Shown piece by piece: positions 56,427 through 64,000 of a stretch of 64,000 nucleotides of DNA. Source of the DNA: a virus; IMG/VR virus record IMGVR_UViG_3300020198_000009, positions 1 through 64,000 of that record; one strand, written 5' to 3'. The notes under the pieces are model-generated. The model searched no databases. It saw only the letters and a program-made list of their open reading frames with translations, and was not told where the DNA came from. The translations under genes were made by a program, and so were the position numbers. The first letter of the stretch is position 1; each line of letters starts with the position of its first letter.

Positions 56427-57883
56427 CCCCCTACGAGCACTACCTGCTGGCCAAGGAAGCGAACTGGCTGGGGAATATCGGCCAGGGGTTTGCGCAAGCC
56501 GGCCGCAACGTCGGCCAGGCCGCCAAGCAGACCTGGACATTCGCGCGCAACCAAGGCCAGGAGCAGTCGGCCAATTGGTTTGGCCGCCAGCTGGGTGAAA
56601 ACGCCATACGGGGCTATCGCAACGAGCCCCTCTCAGCCTGGGGGCAACTCAAGGCCTTCGGGGTCGGCGTCTTGAGTCCGACTGCCGGCCAGGCCATGCT
56701 CGCCAGCCACTCGGGCGGGCGGGCAGTCGGGGGCGCTCAGGCGATCGCCGACTGGGCGCGGCCCCACCTGGCTCGCTTCGGTCGGCCCAAGCCCCAACCG
56801 GTCCATCCGGGGCTGCTGATCGCCGGCGGCCTGGGTGCCGGGGCGGCGGGCTACGGGGCCGCCCGGCTCATCGACGCCAAACAGCAGGAGGCCCAGGCGC
56901 AACGCCAGAACGCCCTGCTATCGCGCCAATTGACGCCCTACGAGGAGGCTCCGTACCAGAAGGTCGCCCAGATCCGGGCCCTGCTGGACACCGAGCGCGA
57001 CCTGCGCGCGGGCCTGATGGCCTCAGCCAAGGCCGCCGCGGCCCGGCGTGCCGAAGCCTGGCGCCACGGATCCCGCGAGGCCGAAGCCGAATCGGAAGGC
57101 GAGCCGGGCGGCGTCAAGCGGGCCGAGCTCGATCGCACCGCCACCAGGCTCCTGCGCGCCATCGAGCCGAAGTATGGCGGCTGCTGCCAGGATCTCGTCG
57201 AAGGCAAGGCGCTCGACAACGCCCATGCCCGTGGTGACCACCTACTAACCGAAAACGATGTCCAGAAAGCCTGGCGGGAGCATGGCCGGCCCTACCTCAT
57301 CCGTGAGAAGCTCGAAAAATCCGAGAGCTTGCCACACAAACTCGCCAGCCGCATCTTCCTGGGCGGGGCGGTCTCGGGCCCGCAGGCCAACTGGCGTGAG
57401 GGGATCAAGCGCAAGCTCTGGGAGAAGGGCCACAGCGTCATCGATCCCCGCAAGCCCTTCGTCAAGTGGAATCCGCTCTCGGACATCTACAAGGAGCTCG
57501 CGGGCATGATGAGGGCCGACAAGGTGTTCTTCTTCCGGCCCGGGGGCTTTTCTGAGCGCGAGAAGGCCGTGCTGGAGGCCGCGAAGAAACCCTACCAGGT
57601 GGTGCGCAAGCCCGAGGAGATCGTCCAGGCCGTCGAACAGAAGCGGGCCTACGATGCTATGCTGCCGGTCGATCTGCGCGGGGCCGGGACCCAGACGCCC
57701 TCGGCCTTCCCGGTCGACCAGCACGGCCAGCCCATGACCACCTTGCGCGGCATGCTCGAAGGCGACCTCGCTATGATCACCCTGGCAAGGTACCTGCGCG
57801 ACAAGAAGCTCAGCGAATTCGATCCCATCCTCTTGTCGCTGCTCGAACAGGCGGGCAAGCGCGCACTGACCAGGAGGCCCTGA
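56423..57883 (+). CDS. MTPYE-leader virion polyprotein containing a nucleoside 2-deoxyribosyltransferase-like domain
   Basis: MTPYEHYLLAKEA; internal LTPYEE..YQKVA; IFLGG......WR..I.......VIDPR....W.....E...M.RAD.V.F (about 57347-57640) bounded by KLA and KRA. Confidence 0.6.
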   Translation: MTPYEHYLLAKEANWLGNIGQGFAQAGRNVGQAAKQTWTFARNQGQEQSANWFGRQLGENAIRGYRNEPLSAWGQLKAFGVGVLSPTAGQAMLASHSGGRAVGGAQAIADWARPHLARFGRPKPQPVHPGLLIAGGLGAGAAGYGAARLIDAKQQEAQAQRQNALLSRQLTPYEEAPYQKVAQIRALLDTERDLRAGLMASAKAAAARRAEAWRHGSREAEAESEGEPGGVKRAELDRTATRLLRAIEPKYGGCCQDLVEGKALDNAHARGDHLLTENDVQKAWREHGRPYLIREKLEKSESLPHKLASRIFLGGAVSGPQANWREGIKRKLWEKGHSVIDPRKPFVKWNPLSDIYKELAGMMRADKVFFFRPGGFSEREKAVLEAAKKPYQVVRKPEEIVQAVEQKRAYDAMLPVDLRGAGTQTPSAFPVDQHGQPMTTLRGMLEGDLAMITLARYLRDKKLSEFDPILLSLLEQAGKRALTRRP

Positions 57884-57884
57884 C

Positions 57885-58493
57885 ATGACCCCGTACGAGT
57901 GCTACATGGAGCTGATGAAGACGGCCCATTCGGCCGAGATGGATCGCCTATCGGACCTGGAAAAGGAAGCTTTCTTCGGGGCGCTGGCAGCGGGACTTGG
58001 TCGCGGTTTCGCGGGGGCGGGCGCGGCGATGCGCGCGGGTGGCGGATTGGGGCAAACCCTCGGCGCTTTTACCAGCCGGTTCAGCCGGGGATGGAGATCC
58101 GCCACGCAGCCGCGAGTAGCGAGCCGGGGCCTCGGCACCAACCAAACCTTCAGACGGCCCCCAAGACCGGCAGCGCCCACTTCAACCGCCACGGCGAGTG
58201 GCCAGACGTCTTCGGGAGTCGCCAGCGGCAACGCCCCGGGCTTCATGGGCACGCCCATCGGAACGACCATGAAGAACTGGAAACAGATGACCCCGGCTGA
58301 GATGATGCAAGGGGCAGGATCGGTCCTGGCGGGCGCCGGCGGCCTGCTCACCGGCCTGGGGCTCATGCGGCCGGCCGCCAAGGCGCGCAGCCTCATGGGT
58401 CCGGCCGCGACGGTCGCCACCGGCCTGGCCATCGGCGGTGGCCTCTCGGGAGCGGGCAAGGCCCTGGCGGGTCCGGGATACACCAACTACTAG
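57885..58493 (+). CDS. MTPYE-leader Gly/Ala-rich putative ejection protein
   Basis: MTPYECYMELMKTA..EKEA then FFGALAAGLGRGFAG. Confidence 0.6.
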   Translation: MTPYECYMELMKTAHSAEMDRLSDLEKEAFFGALAAGLGRGFAGAGAAMRAGGGLGQTLGAFTSRFSRGWRSATQPRVASRGLGTNQTFRRPPRPAAPTSTATASGQTSSGVASGNAPGFMGTPIGTTMKNWKQMTPAEMMQGAGSVLAGAGGLLTGLGLMRPAAKARSLMGPAATVATGLAIGGGLSGAGKALAGPGYTNY

Positions 58494-58506
58494 GAGGGCA
58501 GGCACC

Positions 58507-58929
58507 ATGACCCCATACGAGCTGTACATGGCCAGGCAGAAGGAAGCGGCCTGGTCCGACTTCACCGATGCGTTCGTGAACGCCAAGAACTACTTCGGCG
58601 GTCGCAATCCCCAGGGGCTCAGGCAGGCCGCCACCGCCGCCAAGTTCGGCTTGGGCGATCTCGGCCGAGGGGCCGCCAATGTCTTGGGGCACATCCCCCA
58701 GGCCTATCCCCACCTGGCCGGCGCCGCCACCGCCGCCAGCCTCGGCAGCATGGCCCTGGGGGGTCTGCGGGCCCTGCGCGAAGACCGCATGGCCGCCCAG
58801 GCCGGCCAGGAAGTCACCAGGGCCTTCAAGCCGCAGGCCACCAGACTGACCGACAGCGGCAAACTCGCCCTGGTAGGGGCTGCCGGCGTCGGCGGCGGCT
58901 ACCTGCTCGGCCGGGCCGGCAACCAGTAG
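58507..58929 (+). CDS. MTPYE-leader Gly/Ala-rich putative ejection protein
   Basis: MTPYELYMARQKEA; RBS AGGAGG; C-terminal GAAGVGGGYLLG. Confidence 0.6.
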   Translation: MTPYELYMARQKEAAWSDFTDAFVNAKNYFGGRNPQGLRQAATAAKFGLGDLGRGAANVLGHIPQAYPHLAGAATAASLGSMALGGLRALREDRMAAQAGQEVTRAFKPQATRLTDSGKLALVGAAGVGGGYLLGRAGNQ

Positions 58930-58936
58930 GCACGCC

Positions 58937-59341
58937 ATGTCTCCCTACGGCCTGTACATGGCGCAAAAACGCGGCAGTATCCACGGCGTGTTTCCCGAAC
59001 TCGCCGCCGGGCCCGGGGTGCTCGACGCCATGGCCACGGCCTGGCGAGACATGCGCCATACCCGCATCCGCTCGCAGCGCGACGCACTCCTGGCCCAGGC
59101 CGATACGGCCGCCAGCCCCGCCCAGGCCAGCCGCCTGCGCGTCCAGGCCAACCAGCTGAGAGCCAAGCTGCCACTTCCGCCGCGACACGGACCGGCAGCC
59201 CCCGCGCGGGCCGATAGCCGGCATCACCCCGCCTTCGATCCGCCGCCGATTCCCGAATCGCCCGGCTCCTACGAGGAGCTGGCGGCCATGCGCGATCGGG
59301 CACGCCAGCTCGCCCAGGGCCAGACACCAGCCAAGCGATAA
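58937..59341 (+). CDS. MSPY-leader small protein
   Basis: MSPYGLYMAQKRG; directly precedes the RNAP gene. Confidence 0.5.
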   Translation: MSPYGLYMAQKRGSIHGVFPELAAGPGVLDAMATAWRDMRHTRIRSQRDALLAQADTAASPAQASRLRVQANQLRAKLPLPPRHGPAAPARADSRHHPAFDPPPIPESPGSYEELAAMRDRARQLAQGQTPAKR

Positions 59342-59345
59342 GGCC

Positions 59346-62300
59346 ATGCGCGCGCCAGCCGAGACCCACCAGGCGATGACCCGGGCGCTGGAAGCCGGCC
59401 TCAAGCAGGTATTCCCGGTTGCGGCCGGCAACCGCATGCTCGATCTGGTCGCGGTCCATGCCCCCGACCTGCCGGATCCCCATGACTGGAACGGCCAGAA
59501 GGACGCGGTCATGGATGGTAGGACCTGGGGCAGCCCACTGCGCGCCACCCTGGCGCTCAAGGATGCACAGGGCAAGGTGCTCGACCAGAAGGCCGTGAGG
59601 CTGGCCACCATACCGGCTCCGACCAATCGCCACACGTTCATCGTCGATGGCCGGGAGTACCAGGTCAACTACCAGCGCCGGCTGAAACCCGGGATCTACA
59701 CCAAGGTCGATCGCACCGGCGCACCGGTGGCCGACTTCAACCTCGGACATGGCCGCAACTTCGCCGTCACGCTCGACCCGGAACGGAACCAGTTCCATCT
59801 GCGCCTGGGCAACGCCCACATCCCCCTGGGCCATGTCCTGGCTGGCCTGCGCGAATCGGGAGATCCCTCCCTGGGGCTGGGCAAGGCCTTCGAGCACCCG
59901 GCGGGCCCGGAGGAGACCGAGCGCGCCTTGCGGGAATTCTATGTCCAGACCCACCGCAACAAACCCATCCCTGCCGACCTGGCAGGCCTCAAGGCCGCCG
60001 TCCGCACCTGGTTCGACCACGCTACGCTCTCGCCCGAGACCACCCGGCTCACGGTCGGCGAATCCTACGGCCATGTCACCGACCAGGCGTTGCGGACTGC
60101 CGCGAGGCATGTCCTGGAAATCCACCGCGGCGATCGTCATCCGACCCACAAGGATCAGCTGGCTTACCAGGAGATCCACGGGGTCGAGGACTTCCTCAAG
60201 GAACGCCTGGTCAAGAACAAGCTGGGGCTGCACGGCCGGTTGCGCCAGACCCTCGATCGGGCCGACAAGCTCGCGGACCTCAACCTACCGGCGACCTTCG
60301 GGCCGTCAGTGCACCACTTCTTCACCCAGAGCTCGCTCTCGAACCATCCCATGCAGGTCAACCCGCTGGAAATGGCCGAGAACGCCCACAAGATCACCTC
60401 GATGGGCGAAGGCGGCATCGGAGACGCCAACGCCATCCCGATCGAGGTCAGGAACATCCATCCATCCACGTTGGGCTTCATCGACCCGGTCCGCACGCCC
60501 GACAACGCCCATGCCGGCGTGGATGTCCGCACCACCGTGCGCTCCCGCAAGGTCGGGAACCAGCTGGCGATTCCCGTCCGCGATGCCAGGACCGGCCGGG
60601 AGGTCTTCAAGACCCCTGGCGAGCTGTTCGACACGCACGTCGCCCACGACAGGGAGCCCGCCGAGAACGGCGTGGTACGCGCCATCCACCAGGGCCATGT
60701 CGTCTGGGCAAAGCCAGAGCAGATAGACTACCACCTCCCGACCGAGCACCAGTTCACGGTCAGTACGGCCCTGGTGCCCTTCATCCCCAACAGCCACGCC
60801 CACCGGGTGGCCATGGGCGCCAAGATGCTGGGCCAAGCCGTCAGTCTCGACGACCGCGAGGCGCCGATCGTGCGGACCGCCCATGCAAATACCGCGATCT
60901 CGGGCCTGTTGCCGCGCAGCCCGGTCGACGGGACCGTGGCCACGATCGTGAACGGAGCCATCAAGATCCAGGACAAGGACGGCAAGAGTCACCTCGCGCA
61001 CTATCCGCACGAGTTTCCGCTCAACGGCGGCTCGTTCCTGCATGCAGACCTGCATGTCAAGCCCGGCGACCGGGTCTCGCAAGGGCAGGTCCTCGGCGAC
61101 TTGAACTTCACCCGCGACGGCAACCTTGCACTTGGAAAAAATTTAACCGTTGCTTATCTGCCGTATCGTGGCCATAACTTCGAAGACGGCCTGGTGGTTA
61201 CCGAACAGGGTGCCCGCAAGCTTACCAGCAGCCACCTGCATACCGAAGTCGCCCTCAAGGACGGCCGCAACGTCTACGATCTCAAGCAGTTCAAGGGCCA
61301 CTTCCCCTCGACCTACACCCACGAGCAGCTCGGCAAACTCGATCCCCATGGCGTGGTACGCGTGGGCCAGGAGGTCGTCGAGGGCGACCCGCTGGTCGCG
61401 GGCCTGCGCAAGCGCGTGGTCGATCCCGAGCAGCTCATCCTGGGTAAGGCCCACAAGGGCCTCATGGAGCCCTACCGGGACGCCAGCCTGACCTGGGACA
61501 AGCCCTACGCCGGCAAGATCACGGCCGTATCCAAGACCGGCGACCAAATAAAGGTGACCATCCAGGCCAAGGCGCCGCTCCAGTTGGCCGACAAAATCTC
61601 TAATTTGTACGGCGCGAAGGGCGTCGTGACAACGATCATCCCCGACCACGAGGCGCCCCGGACAGCCAGCGGTGAGATCCCCGACGTCATCCAGAACTCG
61701 GCGGGCCTGATCAGCCGCATGAACAACGGCCAGCTCTACCACCTGACCGCCGCCAAGGCCGTCAAGGCCCTGGGGCTCGATCACATGGTCTTCCCGCAGT
61801 TCCTGGGCCAGGACGCCCACGAAGTGGTCTCGCGCCTGGCCGAAAAGGCCGGCATCGCCCCGGAAGAAGAGCTGTTCGACCCCAAGACCAATCGCAGTCT
61901 GGGTAAGGTGATGATCGGCCCGCAGTACATGCTCAAGCTCTTCAAACAAGCCGAGACCGGCTTCTCGGCGCGGGCCGGCGGGCGTTATGACGTCGATCTG
62001 CGACCGGCCAAGGGCGGCGAGGAGGGGGCCAAGTCCATCGGCTACCTCGACGTCTTCGGGTTGCTCAGTCACGGCAGCCGTGGCCTGTTGCGCCAGGCGG
62101 CGACCACCAATGCCGAATTCAACCCCGAGGTCTTGCAAGCCATATGGCGGGGCCAGCCCCTGCCGCCCCCCAGGCCCACGTTTGCCTGGCGGAAGTTCGA
62201 GGCCATGTTGCGCGGGGCGGGCGTCAACGTCACCCAGGACGGCCACAAGCTGGTCATGCTGCCGATGACCGACCAGGACACCCTGCGAGTCTCGCAGGGC

Positions 62301-63635
62301 CAGATCCGCAAACCCCTGCTGGTCAACGCCAAGGAGGACCCTCGCACCGGCCTGCCCTTCCGGCCCGAAACGGGCGGTCTGTTCGATCACGAGTCCACCG
62401 GCGGCCTGGTCGGCAACAAGTGGTCGCATATCACGTTGCCCGAGCCCGTGGTGAGCCCGCTGTTCGCCCGGCCGGCCCGCATCCTGCTCGGAATGAGCCA
62501 GCAGGCTTTCGGTGAGACGATGGCCACCGAGGGCGGGGCGGGTATCGCCAAGCGCCTGGCCGGGATCGATCCGAAGACGCGCATCGCCGAACTCGGCGAG
62601 CGGCTCAAGACGACCAGCGCGGCGGCCAAGCGCGACCAGATCCACAAGCAGCTCAAGTACCTCAAGCCGCTGGCCGCCCACGGCATCAGCCCGGCCGACG
62701 CGTACGTCGTGCGCCATGTGCCGGTCATCCCTCCCGCGATGCGGCCCATCTACCCGGACGCCGACACCGGCAAGCTGGTCAACTCGGATGCCAACCTGCT
62801 CTACCAGCACCTGCTGCTCATCGGGGATCAGCTGGCCCACCACCAGCACGAGGGCGATCCCGACACCGTGCGCGAATTGCGCCTGGGGCTGCATGACGCC
62901 CTGGCCAAGGTGCAGGGCCTCGACCCGACCACTGAATCCATGGGCAAGGGCTACGAGCCGCAGGGCTTCCTCAAGCTCATCACGGGCTCGCGCGCCAAGG
63001 AAGGCTTCTTCCAGAGTAAATTGCTCTCGCGGCGCCAGGACATCGCCGGCCGCGGGGTCATCACGCCCAATCCGGCGCTGGGTATCGACGAGCTGGGCTT
63101 GCCTGAGCCGATGGCCTGGAAGCTCTACCGCAACCATGTGGTGGGTGAGTTGACCCGGGCCGGCCTGCCGCTCGAAAGTATCGCCAAGCATGTCGAAGAG
63201 CAGACACCCCTGGCGCGCAAGGCCCTGCAAGCAACCATGGCCGACAATCCGGTGATCATGACCCGGGCGCCCAGCCTGCACCGCTTCAACCTCATGGCCT
63301 TCAAGCCGCAACTGACCAGCGGCAAGCACATCGAGGTTCCAAACCTGGTCGTCAAGGGCTTTAACGCTGACTTCGACGGTGACGCGGTCAACGTCCACAT
63401 CCCCATCACCCCGGAGGCCAAGGCCGACGCCTGGCGCGTGCTGCCATCGAAGAACCTATTCTCGACGCTCAACAAGAGCCCGATGCACACGCCCAGCCAG
63501 GAGGTCACCATGGGGCTCTGGAAGCTCGGCCAGCCCAATGGTAAGGCCACCCGGACCTTCAAGAGCCGCGCCGAAGCCATCGCCGCCTACAAGAAGGGCG
63601 ACATCGGCATCGCCGACCCGATCGAAATAGGTTGA
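59346..63635 (+). CDS. Multisubunit RNA polymerase: beta fused to the N-terminal half of beta'
   Basis: beta: FIVDGRE.....PG, NPLE..., EVRNIHP...IDPV.TP, LVPF...RV.MGAKM.GQAV, LALGKN...Y.P..G.NFED, DKI...G.KGV, SRMN.GQ, YMLKL. beta': GLFD, HI.L, VPVIPP..RP, D.N.LY, K.G.F...LL.RR.D..GR.VI, RAPSLHR, FNADFDGD, PSQE...GL. Confidence 0.95.
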   Translation: MRAPAETHQAMTRALEAGLKQVFPVAAGNRMLDLVAVHAPDLPDPHDWNGQKDAVMDGRTWGSPLRATLALKDAQGKVLDQKAVRLATIPAPTNRHTFIVDGREYQVNYQRRLKPGIYTKVDRTGAPVADFNLGHGRNFAVTLDPERNQFHLRLGNAHIPLGHVLAGLRESGDPSLGLGKAFEHPAGPEETERALREFYVQTHRNKPIPADLAGLKAAVRTWFDHATLSPETTRLTVGESYGHVTDQALRTAARHVLEIHRGDRHPTHKDQLAYQEIHGVEDFLKERLVKNKLGLHGRLRQTLDRADKLADLNLPATFGPSVHHFFTQSSLSNHPMQVNPLEMAENAHKITSMGEGGIGDANAIPIEVRNIHPSTLGFIDPVRTPDNAHAGVDVRTTVRSRKVGNQLAIPVRDARTGREVFKTPGELFDTHVAHDREPAENGVVRAIHQGHVVWAKPEQIDYHLPTEHQFTVSTALVPFIPNSHAHRVAMGAKMLGQAVSLDDREAPIVRTAHANTAISGLLPRSPVDGTVATIVNGAIKIQDKDGKSHLAHYPHEFPLNGGSFLHADLHVKPGDRVSQGQVLGDLNFTRDGNLALGKNLTVAYLPYRGHNFEDGLVVTEQGARKLTSSHLHTEVALKDGRNVYDLKQFKGHFPSTYTHEQLGKLDPHGVVRVGQEVVEGDPLVAGLRKRVVDPEQLILGKAHKGLMEPYRDASLTWDKPYAGKITAVSKTGDQIKVTIQAKAPLQLADKISNLYGAKGVVTTIIPDHEAPRTASGEIPDVIQNSAGLISRMNNGQLYHLTAAKAVKALGLDHMVFPQFLGQDAHEVVSRLAEKAGIAPEEELFDPKTNRSLGKVMIGPQYMLKLFKQAETGFSARAGGRYDVDLRPAKGGEEGAKSIGYLDVFGLLSHGSRGLLRQAATTNAEFNPEVLQAIWRGQPLPPPRPTFAWRKFEAMLRGAGVNVTQDGHKLVMLPMTDQDTLRVSQGQIRKPLLVNAKEDPRTGLPFRPETGGLFDHESTGGLVGNKWSHITLPEPVVSPLFARPARILLGMSQQAFGETMATEGGAGIAKRLAGIDPKTRIAELGERLKTTSAAAKRDQIHKQLKYLKPLAAHGISPADAYVVRHVPVIPPAMRPIYPDADTGKLVNSDANLLYQHLLLIGDQLAHHQHEGDPDTVRELRLGLHDALAKVQGLDPTTESMGKGYEPQGFLKLITGSRAKEGFFQSKLLSRRQDIAGRGVITPNPALGIDELGLPEPMAWKLYRNHVVGELTRAGLPLESIAKHVEEQTPLARKALQATMADNPVIMTRAPSLHRFNLMAFKPQLTSGKHIEVPNLVVKGFNADFDGDAVNVHIPITPEAKADAWRVLPSKNLFSTLNKSPMHTPSQEVTMGLWKLGQPNGKATRTFKSRAEAIAAYKKGDIGIADPIEIG

Positions 63636-63689
63636 ATTAGAACACCCTTTCGATTGCAACCAACCAAGGAAGCGTCGTATCGTGGTTGC

Positions 63690-64000
63690 ATGTCCGAGAA
63701 GCGCTACAAGCCCTACGTCTGGGTCACCTGGATCACCAAGCTGCTGGCTGGCGAATCGCATTGTCGCTGGTCGGCCTGGTTCCGGGCCAACTACAAGTAC
63801 AGCAAGCTGCCGAGCGATTTCTCGTTCGCCAAATGGAAGGCCGAGCACTCGGAACTGGTCAGCAGGCGCGCCAAGGAGCTGCGCGACGCGGGCTACACGG
63901 TCAAGCTGGAAGACCAGAACGCCTTCAAGCTCGACGGCCGAAACGGCGTGACACTCGCGGGCAAGCCCGATCTGATCGCCTTCCGGACGGCCGTCGAGAA
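63690..64000 (+). CDS. PD-(D/E)XK nuclease (RecB/Cas4-like), cut by window edge
   Basis: YVWVTWITKLLAGE..C.W.AWF...; E.QN.F.L.G..G.TLAGKPDLIA. Preceded by TTGCAA-18-TATCGT promoter-like sequence. Confidence 0.7.
   Translation, partial: MSEKRYKPYVWVTWITKLLAGESHCRWSAWFRANYKYSKLPSDFSFAKWKAEHSELVSRRAKELRDAGYTVKLEDQNAFKLDGRNGVTLAGKPDLIAFRTAVE

Noticed and set aside
12302-59341. Stop-codon reassignment as in some large phages
   Set aside because: Conserved genes are full length in code 11, and TAG/TGA stops are followed by new RBS/start codons.
61143-63398. Long antisense ORFs (also 23662-25830, 18715-19953, 38469-40037, 12467-13762, 36840-37985)
   Set aside because: Shadow frames of high-GC genes on the opposite strand; no motifs or RBS, and they mirror recognisable proteins.
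63633-63692. Stop read-through fusing RNAP to the downstream in-frame nuclease
   Set aside because: The 54-nt gap is in frame and stop-free, but it is AT-rich with a TTGCAA-18-TATCGT promoter-like sequence, and the downstream protein is not beta'-like.
63690-64000. Cas4 as part of a CRISPR system
   Set aside because: Stand-alone PD-(D/E)XK nucleases are common in phages; the gene is truncated here and no other cas gene is seen.

Overview
A 64-kb segment of a large, GC-rich contractile-tailed (myovirus-like) phage genome. Left edge: 3' end of an IS200/IS605 tnpA and its end hairpin. About 0.15-12.3 kb: a leftward-transcribed accessory/early region of small genes (GHKL ATPase-zincin fusion, Dam methylase, Bro-N protein, YqeG-like HAD phosphatase, many hypotheticals). 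From 7.3 kb onward its intergenic gaps are densely packed with hairpins. They include a 65-nt tmRNA tRNA-like domain with no mRNA-like domain, an adjacent second alanine-identity tRNA-like RNA, and a 37-35-37 bp repeat-spacer-repeat. About 12.3-54 kb: virion morphogenesis genes (baseplate J, gp25-like, gp5/VgrG-like spike with an HEXXH extension, portal, tail fibre/baseplate proteins, sheath, two tube-like proteins, neck proteins, major capsid, prohead protease, intein-containing terminase, GH73 muramidase), plus a second adenine methylase and a phage sigma70-type factor. Eight CTATAAT boxes point into these genes. 43-59 kb: a family of putative internal head proteins sharing an N-terminal M(T/D/S)PYxxY...KxA leader, then a fused beta-beta'(N-terminal half) multisubunit RNA polymerase and a truncated PD-(D/E)XK nuclease. 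All calls come from motif recognition by eye; no database searches or folding programs were run.
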